Positions 17,700 through 27,496 of a DNA stretch of 44,399 nucleotides are shown in pieces; the stretch's first letter is position 1, and each line of letters begins with the position of its first letter. A program made the position numbers and the translations under genes. The stretch is from the IMG/VR virus record IMGVR_UViG_3300039366_000017; one strand, 5' to 3'. This DNA comes from a virus. The notes under the pieces were generated by a model. The model saw nothing but the letters and a program-made list of their open reading frames with translations. It was not told where the DNA came from and did not search any database.

Positions 17700-18592
17700 T
17701 AGTAGTAATAACCTCCATAGGAACCTCGTCTACCTCCATTGAATCCTTGGTTCAGTGCTCCTGTAGCATTCTGCAGATAATCAAGGAAGTTAAACATGCC
17801 TTGGTTCTGTGTCTTCATAGTGCTGTAGTTAGCCATAAAGTTACTCATAAAGCTACCTCCGGTACCTGCAGTAGAAGCAGAGGTAGTAACACCTGCTGTA
17901 GAGGTACCTAAAGCACTGGCACCTGCGGCACCTGAGAGACCCGCAGAACCCCCAACACTAGAGGTACCTGCAAGAACTGTCTCTCCGCCTACAGTGCCTG
18001 CAATAGAACCACCGGTACCACCTGCGGCTCCACCTGCGGCACCCGCAAGGGCACTGCCTGCACCTGCAGTGAACGCACCAATAGCGGCACCCTTAGCAGA
18101 GGTATCAAGGAATTCCATAAGGTAACTAATGCCACCCTTATATTGGCTCTTGAGTTGATCTCTAGCCTGCTCTACAGAATTCTTCATCTGGACATATAGA
18201 GCATCCTTTTGAGATCTAATGTTTACTACATCAGTCTCATAGGCATCCTTAAGAGCAGTCTTTTGTCGCAACACTGCACCTGAGATTGATCTTTTGATTT
18301 GTCCTGCAGTTCGCCCTTCGTAACCTGTCTCAGCTAGAGAAGCTTCAACTGTAGCATTATTCTGCAAGGCGTTATAAGACAACTGAAATAAGTTGCTCAC
18401 AGCATTATCATAGGCACTCTGCTCTTGTCTAGTCAATTGGTTCTGATTCCAATTGTAGTTCATCTGAGCATAGTACATCTGTTTCTTGAATGCTTTAGTG
18501 AGAGATCTGTTGTACTTTGATTTCTGCCACAGGGAACTGCCACCACCTGCAACTGCACCGATTACTGCACCTGCAGCAATTATTCCTGACAT
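17699..18592 (-). CDS. Internal virion protein, gp14 position (297 aa, Gly/Ala/Ser-rich C-half)
   Basis: Synteny, a hydrophobic Gly-rich N-terminus, and a low-complexity GAAGG tract. Confidence 0.55.
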   Translation of the reverse strand: MSGIIAAGAVIGAVAGGGSSLWQKSKYNRSLTKAFKKQMYYAQMNYNWNQNQLTRQEQSAYDNAVSNLFQLSYNALQNNATVEASLAETGYEGRTAGQIKRSISGAVLRQKTALKDAYETDVVNIRSQKDALYVQMKNSVEQARDQLKSQYKGGISYLMEFLDTSAKGAAIGAFTAGAGSALAGAAGGAAGGTGGSIAGTVGGETVLAGTSSVGGSAGLSGAAGASALGTSTAGVTTSASTAGTGGSFMSNFMANYSTMKTQNQGMFNFLDYLQNATGALNQGFNGGRRGSYGGYYY

Positions 18593-19005
18593 AGTTCCTC
18601 TCTATTGTTAGTTAATAACTGCCACTCATCAGTAAACTCTTTCTCTGCTTCCTCTACAGTAGATGCGTTACTAGCAAAGAACATTGTAATGTAGGTGTCA
18701 TCAAAGGCACTAAAGACCTGCCTACGGCCATCCATACCTTTCAATACAGAATAGCCAGAGATCTCCTCTAGGTGATCCCCTACGACAACCTTACAGTCCC
18801 CGCTAACGATAACCACTGTAGGAATCTTAATGAAAGCACCTGCACCAATCTCACCCTTTCTCAATAGAATGGTTCTAACGTAACAGCCTGCCCACAGGAA
18901 ATGATCTACTTCAATAGGTGCCTCAGGCAGAGACAGAGTAGCCATAACAAGACCTTTACCAATCTCTTGCTCCATAGGCGCCATACTAGGCAAAGCACCA
19001 ACCAT
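18580..19005 (-). CDS. Hypothetical protein in the gp13 position (141 aa from the ATG at 19005)
   Basis: The listed ORF begins with a non-ATG codon inside the upstream gene. The first ATG (MVGALPSMAP...) lies 27 nt after the gp12-like stop. Confidence 0.5.
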   Translation of the reverse strand: MVGALPSMAPMEQEIGKGLVMATLSLPEAPIEVDHFLWAGCYVRTILLRKGEIGAGAFIKIPTVVIVSGDCKVVVGDHLEEISGYSVLKGMDGRRQVFSAFDDTYITMFFASNASTVEEAEKEFTDEWQLLTNNREELCQE

Positions 19006-19031
19006 AGCTTTCTTAAGAGTTAATCCCTTTC

Positions 19032-21509
19032 TCACGTCTGAGTATTCCTCCGAATGTAATATCCTTCCCAACCACCAGAGATAAGGTTCACAGGTAAAGG
19101 ATTATCTGAAGTAACTGTAATCTTAACCTCAGTACTATTGTCCTGCACAGGGAACTTAAACTTACCTGTTGCTACTCTATAGGATCCTAAGACTAATGGA
19201 GATTCACTTAAGACCTTAGATGTACAAGTGTACTTGAAGTGCTTATTCTTGACATCATTGTCTACAGACACATCAAAGGTACCAGAGTTACTATAGTTAA
19301 CCCAATAGTATCTCAGTTGTAATCTGCCTTCATCTTCAGAGATCGTAGCACCGTCAGAAGTAGTTTTCTTAATCATTGGTCTAGACAATACAACATCAAA
19401 TTCATATTGACTGCCTACGAAGTAAGTCATACCTCTGAGATCACCGGTCACCTTAAAGACACCATTAGCATCCCAATCGGTTACCTGATGATAGTAGCCA
19501 TCAGTACCAACTAGACAATACGTAGCTGAGCCAATCTTAGGAACAGCACCATAGACATCCTTTAGGGAGACCTCGGTATAGTCATTGTAGTCACTGTACT
19601 TATTAGTATCAGGGATGACATAGCGTACCTTACGATCCATAAAGTATCTTACAGGCTCATCAGAGAAGTCTACTGCCTGACCTGTAAGCCTGCTCTTCTC
19701 TAAGAACAGTCCGCCATCAGTGTTAATAAGGAAGTAGATTTCAGAGCCTACGAACTCTGCAAGTAAGACCTGAGTACCTTCATATCGGAACGTCCATTTG
19801 CACCATGACTGCTGCAGACTCTGGGAATTCTGAATGATGTACTTAAAGATCCATACAGTGTTAGGATGAGTACGTGAACATAGTGTGATTACATTGTCTG
19901 AAGTATTACCAGAGAGCCTAAAGATTCCCTTAGGAATATACGTAGGAACATGTGCAGCTACGTCCTCAGCATCCTTAAGATCAGCTACGTCCTGTACCGT
20001 ATAGTATCTCATAAGAGAGCAATAGTTAACTCTGTTAGAGATAAAGAAAATACTTTGTCCTACACCTAAAGGCTGAGCATCATCACTGTAATCAAAGGAA
20101 GTGATTTGATCAACCTTAGCACTCTTAGGTGTCATTACGCCATCGCTAGAGAGAACAAATTGTCCCTCTCTAGAGAACAACATTAGTTCCCTGCTGAATG
20201 GTACTGCATGTGTTAGAATACAGACTTTGTTTGAAGATACAGCAAGGTCAATTGGATCAGTATCAGCAATAGTAGCTGCTGATCTAAACCAGAAATTAAA
20301 GAAATCAGCAGAAGCACTGAGGATAACATTTTCACCACTGATGAACCCTAAGCGATTTCTGTAGAAGAACATATCATTCAGCGTTTCCCCTACGAAGCTA
20401 GGCTCAGGATTGCTGTCCTCATCGCCTACTGCTCTATCAGTCCAAGTAAGTCTTTTGAAGTGGAAGGAGCCATCAGATTCTCTTACGAGAGCATGAGGCA
20501 TACTAGAGTAATCAAATTTATACTGAATGTTTGGTGCGGCACACTCTAGCCACGCATTCTTACCTTCATTGTAGTTAACATAGTAGTCATCATCAGCCGA
20601 GTTAGATTCACCCTTAATGCGCATGATGTAACCATCAGGAGCAGCAGGGGGAAGCTTAGAGACACTGTTAACGTAACCCTTCAAGACATATGCATTAGTG
20701 TTGCCAAAGCCATCCTTAACAACAACATTAGGCATATCCCAGCCAGACTTAGCTTGGATGGAAACTACGGAATCACCAAAGACAAGGAAGTTATAAGCAT
20801 TGAAGTTGAAATTAGGATTCTTAGCGAACCCCATAGAGGCTCTGCCTCCAACCTGTCCTAATAGCCAATCATAGGTAGTGGCTCCCTCATCAGCACCCTG
20901 AGAACCTGTAGCTAAGTCTACAAGTTTCTCTGCAATGTACGCAGAGGTAGTCTGTACAGCCTGCTTAGCTTCACCACCATCAGGTGTAATGACACCACAC
21001 ATAAAGGTACTGCCCATAAAGAGAGCATAGGTCTTAGCATAGGAGGCATTCTTAATGTACGCTAGTGCAGTGTCCTGACCTTTTTGAGGGGTAGTAGAGC
21101 TAGACATACCAATAGTTTTACTACGGTTCAGAATGAACGTATAGTCTGCAACAGTGACTGCTCTAAATTCATCATTAGCGTCCGTGACATTAAGATAACT
21201 AGCATCATTGTCAATAACAACTTTCTTTTCATTACCTTCAAAATCCCATACCTTTAGAGACCCGCTGGACATACCTAAGATATACTGCTCAGTCTCGTCT
21301 CTGTTAATGACATGATACTTAGTAGTGAGTGGACCTACTCTGTCCCCAAGTCTCTTAATGTGAACTGTAGGAGGTCTCTTTTGCAGGCCATCGACTTCAC
21401 TAGAGAAACCATTGATCTGCTCCTCTACCTGATCAGCAAACCTAATGATATCCGGTTGCTGAGATACGCCACCCTTATAGGATACTGTTGATTGCGATAC
21501 TAATGGCAT
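19032..21509 (-). CDS. Tail tubular protein B (T7 gp12-like, 825 aa)
   Basis: Size and position after the gp11-like gene. Confidence 0.75.
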   Translation of the reverse strand: MPLVSQSTVSYKGGVSQQPDIIRFADQVEEQINGFSSEVDGLQKRPPTVHIKRLGDRVGPLTTKYHVINRDETEQYILGMSSGSLKVWDFEGNEKKVVIDNDASYLNVTDANDEFRAVTVADYTFILNRSKTIGMSSSTTPQKGQDTALAYIKNASYAKTYALFMGSTFMCGVITPDGGEAKQAVQTTSAYIAEKLVDLATGSQGADEGATTYDWLLGQVGGRASMGFAKNPNFNFNAYNFLVFGDSVVSIQAKSGWDMPNVVVKDGFGNTNAYVLKGYVNSVSKLPPAAPDGYIMRIKGESNSADDDYYVNYNEGKNAWLECAAPNIQYKFDYSSMPHALVRESDGSFHFKRLTWTDRAVGDEDSNPEPSFVGETLNDMFFYRNRLGFISGENVILSASADFFNFWFRSAATIADTDPIDLAVSSNKVCILTHAVPFSRELMLFSREGQFVLSSDGVMTPKSAKVDQITSFDYSDDAQPLGVGQSIFFISNRVNYCSLMRYYTVQDVADLKDAEDVAAHVPTYIPKGIFRLSGNTSDNVITLCSRTHPNTVWIFKYIIQNSQSLQQSWCKWTFRYEGTQVLLAEFVGSEIYFLINTDGGLFLEKSRLTGQAVDFSDEPVRYFMDRKVRYVIPDTNKYSDYNDYTEVSLKDVYGAVPKIGSATYCLVGTDGYYHQVTDWDANGVFKVTGDLRGMTYFVGSQYEFDVVLSRPMIKKTTSDGATISEDEGRLQLRYYWVNYSNSGTFDVSVDNDVKNKHFKYTCTSKVLSESPLVLGSYRVATGKFKFPVQDNSTEVKITVTSDNPLPVNLISGGWEGYYIRRNTQT

Positions 21510-21514
21510 CCCTA

Positions 21515-22090
21515 TTAGCTCCTCTGGATATACTGAGAAATGTATTGGTCATCATTGAGGATATTATAGTTACCCGTAGTTAGATCATAGTCAATGATAT
21601 CTGCATAGGCACTAGATTCCTCAGTCATCAGATGCGTATTCAGGTCATCTGAAGTAAGATATCTCATCTGGAAGATTCTAGCTGCACGACAAGTAATGAA
21701 CTTACGGAATACCTCAGGTAACTCCTCAAAGTCTAATCCTCTAACCAGAGTATCTAAAGTCAAACCCTCAGGGAACTCATTGGTCTGCGAAAGAATGTCG
21801 AAAAAATAGCCGGATCGTCTGATCAACTTATAACCACTGCTGACAAACCTAAGATAATTATTAGGGCAGGGAACTAAGTTAGTATCAGCGTCCGGCAATA
21901 AAGCTACTGAATCTTCAATATTAAAGTCCCATCCTCTTGATTGAATCTCTTTAGAGACACTATCGAGAATCCTCACTGCATTCAGAACGTCTACATTCAG
22001 TTCATCTTCAAGTGAGTTGACAGGACTAGAGCCTACAGCAGATAAAATCTCATTCACTGCATCTAGTTTGTTAGAAGGAGTGACAATCAT
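21515..22090 (-). CDS. Tail tubular protein A (T7 gp11-like, 191 aa)
   Basis: AVNEILSAVGSSPVNSLED...SKEIQSRGWDFNIED..LLPD parallels T7 gp11 [20 protein letters not shown]...RQIQSRGWTFNIEEG..LLPD (from memory). Confidence 0.85.
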   Translation of the reverse strand: MIVTPSNKLDAVNEILSAVGSSPVNSLEDELNVDVLNAVRILDSVSKEIQSRGWDFNIEDSVALLPDADTNLVPCPNNYLRFVSSGYKLIRRSGYFFDILSQTNEFPEGLTLDTLVRGLDFEELPEVFRKFITCRAARIFQMRYLTSDDLNTHLMTEESSAYADIIDYDLTTGNYNILNDDQYISQYIQRS

Positions 22091-22133
22091 AATTTATCCT
22101 TTGTAGTAGTATTTTTATAGTTGTTATTATGTA

Positions 22134-22307
22134 TTATTTGGGAGCTGCAGGGATCTTAGGCTTCCTAGAGACTACCTTAGGTTTGACTTCAGTTGGGGCT
22201 TTAATCAAACCTAATTTAATCTTTTCTTCTACAGTCAAACGGGAGCCTTTCTTAGAACCCCCGTTGACATAGAAATAGGAATCCTTAATGTCGGATTCCG
22301 AGTACAT
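22134..22307 (-). CDS. Small basic protein (57 aa) coupled to the capsid gene stop (below the ORF-track cutoff)
   Basis: Hand translation gives MYSESDIKDSYFYVNGGSKKGSRLTVEEKIKLGLIKAPTEVKPKVVSRKPKIPAAPK. The ATG overlaps the capsid TAA as TAATG, a junction used at several other gene pairs in this genome. Confidence 0.45.
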   Translation of the reverse strand: MYSESDIKDSYFYVNGGSKKGSRLTVEEKIKLGLIKAPTEVKPKVVSRKPKIPAAPK

Positions 22308-23317
22308 TACGCACCAACCTGAGCAGTCTTAACGAAGAGACCCACGGCTTCAGGACGAAGGCCGCCGTGACCCACAGCCATCTTAGCGATGATCTGATCA
22401 GCCTGATATTCAGCTCTGCGAGCACGTTCCATAGCGAGATCCTTCAGCTTAAGGGCACCCACAGCGGAACGGTGGAAGGCGATACCCTGAAGGACAGCCG
22501 TAGAGATCTGCTCCTTAAGAGCGTGCTTACCATCAACACCGTTGTTCAAGAAGTTCGGGGTTTCCACAATCTGGAAGCCACAGACATTCTGGAGCTTGCC
22601 CGTATTCGGATCAAAGATAGCAGCAAAGTTAGCAGCATCCGGCATAAGGGCACGGCAGATAGCCGAATAACCTTCGGGGGAGACAAGGAAATAACGGTCA
22701 CCTGCCGGAACCCAATTCTTCGTAAACTGAGCACGGGCATCAATCAGACCCTGCAGGAGGATGTTGCCATACTCCACAGTCGTAGCTTCATCCTTACCCG
22801 TAACATACTCAAATGCCTTGCCCGTACCCGGATTTTCAAGAGTAGTATTATCAGGGATGTTCTCAGGCATACCCGCGGCAGTCTTAGCACCCGTGTTAGC
22901 AAGTTCATTGATAGAGGCACAGTCGAAAGCCTGAGCAAGAGCTTCACCAAGCTGCTTCGAGTATTCCGTACGGACATCATAGTGATTCATTGCATCATCG
23001 ATATCCGTGATAAGAGCATCAGCCGTGAGGAGACCATCGATAGCAATCACTCGCTCCGTGTTCTCCATCTTCTTACGCTGATCATCTAAGGAGTTACCTG
23101 GGGTAAGATACTTAGCATGAGTACGACCCATCACTGCGAAGCTAGCAGAACGACCGTGCGGAATAGTACGAACAATCTGTTTGTCCATCATGACAGACGT
23201 TCTCGTGAAAGCCGTAAGGACTTCACCAGAGAAGATCTTCATGAACAGCTCATCACGATCACCAGCGCTCAGATTCTGACCAGGATTAGAAATAGAATTA
23301 GCGGTTAACGCAGCCAT
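22307..23317 (-). CDS. Major capsid protein (T7 gp10A-like, 336 aa)
   Basis: GEVLTAFTRTSV, ERVIAIDGLLTADALITDIDDAMNHYDVRTEYSKQLGEAL closely parallels T7 gp10 (GEVLTAFARTSV; EKVITIDGLLTADVLIYDIEDAMNHYDVRSEY). Confidence 0.95.
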   Translation of the reverse strand: MAALTANSISNPGQNLSAGDRDELFMKIFSGEVLTAFTRTSVMMDKQIVRTIPHGRSASFAVMGRTHAKYLTPGNSLDDQRKKMENTERVIAIDGLLTADALITDIDDAMNHYDVRTEYSKQLGEALAQAFDCASINELANTGAKTAAGMPENIPDNTTLENPGTGKAFEYVTGKDEATTVEYGNILLQGLIDARAQFTKNWVPAGDRYFLVSPEGYSAICRALMPDAANFAAIFDPNTGKLQNVCGFQIVETPNFLNNGVDGKHALKEQISTAVLQGIAFHRSAVGALKLKDLAMERARRAEYQADQIIAKMAVGHGGLRPEAVGLFVKTAQVGA

Positions 23318-23379
23318 TTTATTATATTCTTATTGTAGTTATATTATTGTTATTAGGAAATGTTTTTATTATGGGTACG

Positions 23380-24147
23380 TTACAACTGAGTATAGTACAT
23401 CTTCATTTCGATAGCTCTAGTGTAACTGGGGTCAGCACCATAGCGGGGGTCACTCATAGCCTCCACTACTTCCTGCTTACTTGAGAAGCCCTTATAGCCA
23501 CCCGTAGTAACCCCACCACCCATAATAGTAGGATTACGTGTTCCTTGCTTAGCAATCATCTTAGCTTTCATACCCTCAAACATAAGAGTAACAGCTTCAA
23601 GATTGTTGTTGTCAATAGCTCGATTAAAGGAACTCAGAACCTTATTAGAGAGGTTTCCTTGTGCCCACTCAATAACCTTGTTGTACGCCTGTTCTCCGCC
23701 TGCCGCACTATAGACAGCATTAGTGAACTCACTCTCAAGGTTCTGTCGTGATTCAATGAAACCCTCAATGACCTCTGCAGGATAACCTGCCTGAGCAAGG
23801 TCAGCCATAGTCTTACTAGACAAGGCCCCATACTCATTGTATTCCTTAATGGCCTGATTGAAGTCCACACCTTTAGCCTTAAGATCCTTACCAAGGGCAT
23901 CTAAGGTCTTCGTGTGCTTCTCAATCTTATCATTAAGGGCAACCTGAGGTTCGCCCTGAGGTTCTGCCGTAGGTTCTGCCTGAGGCTCCTCCTGAGGTTC
24001 CTCTACAGGGACAGCATCACCCTCCTTAAGAAGCCCTGAGGCTTCATCTCCATCAAGAGAGAGTTGCTGAGTTCCTGAGATCATAATGTCAACCCCATTG
24101 TCGACACTAAGACCATCACTATTCAAATTAGTAGTTTCTTCGCTCAC
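23380..24147 (-). CDS. Scaffolding protein (T7 gp9 position, acidic, 255 aa)
   Basis: Lies between portal and capsid. Has an acidic PQEEPQAEP repeat region. Confidence 0.7.
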   Translation of the reverse strand: MSEETTNLNSDGLSVDNGVDIMISGTQQLSLDGDEASGLLKEGDAVPVEEPQEEPQAEPTAEPQGEPQVALNDKIEKHTKTLDALGKDLKAKGVDFNQAIKEYNEYGALSSKTMADLAQAGYPAEVIEGFIESRQNLESEFTNAVYSAAGGEQAYNKVIEWAQGNLSNKVLSSFNRAIDNNNLEAVTLMFEGMKAKMIAKQGTRNPTIMGGGVTTGGYKGFSSKQEVVEAMSDPRYGADPSYTRAIEMKMYYTQL

Positions 24148-24150
24148 CTG

Positions 24151-24619
24151 TTACACCCCCTGTTCCTGTTGAGCTTTGTTGTTGTCAATTGCCATCTGAG
24201 CCTGAGCATCAACACCCTGTTGTGCCGCATACTGCTCCATCATAGCCTGCTGTTCCTGAGCAACCTGTTCAGGAGACTTAACGAGACCCGTAGCATCAAT
24301 CTGAGCACTCGTGAAGATACGCATAGCTAAGTTCTGCTGATTGATCATCTGCATGATATCAGGGAACTGAGCAAGTACCTGAAGTGCCTGAGACAAGTTA
24401 GCAAAGTCATGACCACGACCCAAGGCATCAACACCAGTGATGACCGTAGGTTCAATCGTAGCGAACTGCTCAGAGATAGTCGGAAGGCTGCCATTAGACT
24501 GCATCTGATTGAAGATACAGGACACTAAAGGCAACTGAAGTTCCTGAGACAGGAGACTATAGACACCCCCTAAGGTATCCTCAAGTTCCTGAGCCATATA
24601 TCTGATTTCTTCTGCTGTT
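24151..24619 (-). CDS. Portal protein (T7 gp8-like), exon 2
   Basis: The reading frame is open upstream of the listed ATG, giving (V)TAEEIRYMAQELEDTLGGVYSLLSQELQLPLV, as in T7 gp8. Confidence 0.85.
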
Positions 24620-25368
24620 CTTTAATATTATCGGGGAGGCGTTACTTCCCCACTTATAGTTACCTATAAGAATAGACTATATCTTACCTAAAGGTTTCTA
24701 CATTTCGAGCCACTTGGCTCTACTCCTTTCGGATAGTCGTTACACTCACTTAACCTTCTTAGCACCTGTAACCCTAGCCCAAGATTTACCCTTCCAAATA
24801 TTTTGGATAGTCCCACGAGAAACGTCTATTTTGTGGCGATTCTTAAACTGTGTAGGCGTCAATCCACTATCTCGGAATTTGTAAATAAAGAGTACTTCTT
24901 CCGTAGTTAGCTTATGCGTCCCAATAAGTTCCCCATGTTGTTCCATGTGTAAACCGTTGCCCCAACAGTGTCGAATATTCTGTTTAGCAGTACACCACTC
25001 TAGGTTGCCCACAGAGTTGTTATAACGGTTCCCATCCTTGTGATTAACTTGAGGGTAATTATTAGGATTTGGAATAAATGCTTGAGCAACAAGACGATGC
25101 AAAGGGATAAACTTAGAGCAATGATCTGCACCTAAATGTACCTTCACATATCTGTTTGTCTTGGTTATAGATGTACCTTTAATCCATTTGCCATTATCCT
25201 CATTAAAGATTGTTCCATCTTCAAATAAGGTATAATTATGGACACATGGAAAAGGCAATAATTCATTAAGGTTGGTTTTTCTCATAGTTAAAAACCTCGT
25301 TAGCTCGGTATTGTCCCAGAGGGATGTTCACCGAATTAGTAGAATTTATAGAGAGCCACTTTTATTTA
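24620..25368 (-). mobile_element. Group I intron in the portal gene (749 nt) carrying an HNH endonuclease ORF
   Basis: Exon AGAGGGU (ends at 25369) pairs with guide GCUCUCU (25356..25350), with U-G at the junction. P AATTCGGTGAAC, Q ATACCGAGCT, R GTGTAACGACTAT and S TAAGATATAGTC are present. The terminal G is at 24620. Confidence 0.8.
24746..25285 (-). CDS. HNH homing endonuclease (179 aa), inserted between the Q and R elements of the portal intron
   Basis: HRLVAQAFIPNPNNYPQVNHKDGNRYNNSVGNLEWCTAKQN motif. Confidence 0.85.
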   Translation of the reverse strand: MRKTNLNELLPFPCVHNYTLFEDGTIFNEDNGKWIKGTSITKTNRYVKVHLGADHCSKFIPLHRLVAQAFIPNPNNYPQVNHKDGNRYNNSVGNLEWCTAKQNIRHCWGNGLHMEQHGELIGTHKLTTEEVLFIYKFRDSGLTPTQFKNRHKIDVSRGTIQNIWKGKSWARVTGAKKVK

Positions 25369-26486
25369 ACCCTCTCAGCCTGCCGTTGCACACTAGAATT
25401 AAGCATGAAGCAATAAGACAATCTCTGTTCGATACCCTGAGATACCGCATAGCAGCCCTGAAGGTCAGTCTGTTTGTTTGTCTGCATTGCAACAATATCG
25501 TCCTGTCGACCTCTTACGAAAGCCCCATTCTCAGCTTTAGTAAGAGCCTTAATGTTAGTCTGACAGGAAGGAGACACTAGGTACAATACCTTAGCACAAA
25601 TCATAGCCATATCGTTAATGGCATGCTGAAGGTTCTCTAAAGAGATCAAGTCACCAAGGTAATCTTCAACAAAGGATCGACCATAGGATTCCCCATCTTT
25701 CTTAGTGAATCTCACAGGGATCCAAGGACATTTGCCATAGGGATACGTCTGTTCTGATCCGGGGATAATGGTATTATTTACTTCCTGATAGGATTCCCAA
25801 GTGGATCCCTCTAAGGTATCCCCACGGACAAGATAGGTATGAGTGTAGATGTTAACCTTCTCAGAACGATTAACCTCATTACCTGCATTGCCTAAAAGAC
25901 TTAAGATACTCGGAGGGATAGTCCCCTGAGCTAAAGTATCTCTAGCGACAATCTGAAGTACATTGCCGATAGCATCTCTTTCAACTACAAAGTTTCTGAG
26001 AGTGTAGCACTTCATGCCACCCTCTAGAGGAGGCAAAAAGAGCAACGCATTGCCAGCAATAATGAGCTGCTTGATGCACTCAAAGAGCGTAGGTCTAAGA
26101 CCATTATGCTCCATATACTTCACCATAGCAGCCTCCATCATAGACAAGCCGTACTCTATGGCATCCTTAACCTGATCATTGCCAGATGCCTGTAGTGCCT
26201 CATTAGATGCAGTATCTAACCCAAGTCTAAAGAAAGGCTGACCCGGGGGAAGCAAAGATAACAACAACTTAGATGCTAAGTTATTGAGACCTCTAGCCCC
26301 AATAGAATTATAAGGTGTCGTATAGGCAGTGCCACCATCATCAGATTCCTTAGGGAACAACTGAGGGATAGTATAGGTAGCATTCTTCTCTGCTCTCTGG
26401 GTATACTGATCTCTGTCCGTAGACAATCTTTCGTATACCTTTTGTGCACCTTCAGCAGTTTGATTACCTAGTTTAGTTTCTGCCAT
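25369..26486 (-). CDS. Portal protein (T7 gp8-like), exon 1
   Basis: VYERL..DR..Y..RA, GARGLNNLASKL, ESYGRSFVEDYLGDLISLENLQ and ...MLNSSVQRQAERV parallel T7 gp8. Confidence 0.9.
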
Positions 26487-26488
26487 TA

Positions 26489-26758
26489 TTACACAATATT
26501 ACGTCCCGTACCACCGGCACCAGTCATGTCAACCTTAAGAGACTTCTTGCCTCTCTTCTTTCCTTTAGTTAACTGTTGCTTCTCTGATTCTGCTTCAGTA
26601 GTGTTAGTCGTATCTGTCGTCACAAACCCTAACTCAGGAGCAGGAACAGGCGCTTCAGTAGTCGATTGACCAGAGTTACTGTGGCCACCAATAAGGCCAC
26701 CAGTGGCTACCTTAATTACTTTCTTAAAGGGTTTAGTGATTTTACTGAAAAATCCCAT
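26489..26758 (-). CDS. gp6.7-like small virion protein, copy B (89 aa)
   Basis: MGFFSKITKP...PAPELG...KGKKRGKKSLKV...G.G.N. It is a paralogue of 27293..27496 and resembles T7 gp6.7 (MCFSPKIKTPK...EPAP...GRKGLKV, from memory). Confidence 0.6.
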   Translation of the reverse strand: MGFFSKITKPFKKVIKVATGGLIGGHSNSGQSTTEAPVPAPELGFVTTDTTNTTEAESEKQQLTKGKKRGKKSLKVDMTGAGGTGRNIV

Positions 26759-27278
26759 TAATATCCTCTTTACTTAAATAATAGCAATTATAAATATGGA
26801 ATCCTTTAGAGACATAACTATTCTTTAACATAGGAGCACACCAATCATTGACACTCCCAGTTTGAATATAGTCACACTCATCATTCTTTAGACACTCAAT
26901 TAAATAATCAGACAACGCTCTAGCAATGCCTGCTCCTCTTTTAAAAGATACAGTCCATTCTTCATTAAGGATTCTTTGCTTATCAGAATACCAAGGGTAA
27001 CCATAGGATAACAAACAGCATCCCACTAGTTCATCTGCAGATTGACTATAGAAACCAATAATACGATAATCATATTGGTTATTATTCAATACTACATCTT
27101 TAACAAAAGACCTAATATAGTCTTTATCTAAGTTTCTTATGAAGGATAAATTATTAGGATTATCTATAATAGATTCCATACATTTATCTAGAACCTCCAT
27201 AGCTGTCTTTAAGTCTACAATAGGTTTAACATAAAGTTTACCTATAGACCCCCTATAGTCCCCCATAGTATTCGTCAT
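26742..27278 (-). CDS. GNAT-family N-acetyltransferase candidate (178 aa), low-GC insert
   Basis: Motif A-like FKRGAGIARALSDYL. Spot GC counts are ~25-33 percent, against ~42 percent for neighbouring genes. Confidence 0.55.
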   Translation of the reverse strand: MTNTMGDYRGSIGKLYVKPIVDLKTAMEVLDKCMESIIDNPNNLSFIRNLDKDYIRSFVKDVVLNNNQYDYRIIGFYSQSADELVGCCLLSYGYPWYSDKQRILNEEWTVSFKRGAGIARALSDYLIECLKNDECDYIQTGSVNDWCAPMLKNSYVSKGFHIYNCYYLSKEDINGIFQ

Positions 27279-27292
27279 CCTTTTTTAATTTT

Positions 27293-27496
27293 TTACATTA
27301 CGTTAGTGCCTACACCCTTAGCTTTGTCTAAGGATACCTTAAGACCTTTCTTACCCTTACGAGCCTTCTGTTCTTCAGTCTCCTGAGCACCAAGCTCCGG
27401 TTCCTGAGGTTCAACTACAGGGTTGTCTAAGGCAGGTGCCTGAACTTTCACTTCAGGTGTCTTAGGCTTTGAAAACAGTGCACCGATTTTAATCAC
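27293..27496 (-). CDS. gp6.7-like small virion protein, copy A (67 aa)
   Basis: LFSKPKTPEVKVQAPALD...EPELG...RKGKKGLKVSLDKAKGVGTNVM. Confidence 0.6.
   Translation of the reverse strand: MIKIGALFSKPKTPEVKVQAPALDNPVVEPQEPELGAQETEEQKARKGKKGLKVSLDKAKGVGTNVM

Noticed and set aside
22307-22330. Programmed -1 frameshift producing a 10B-like capsid extension.
   Set aside because: The -1 frame contains a TAA 7 codons before the capsid stop, and no slippery heptamer is present in the remaining window. Coupled reinitiation at TAATG explains the arrangement.
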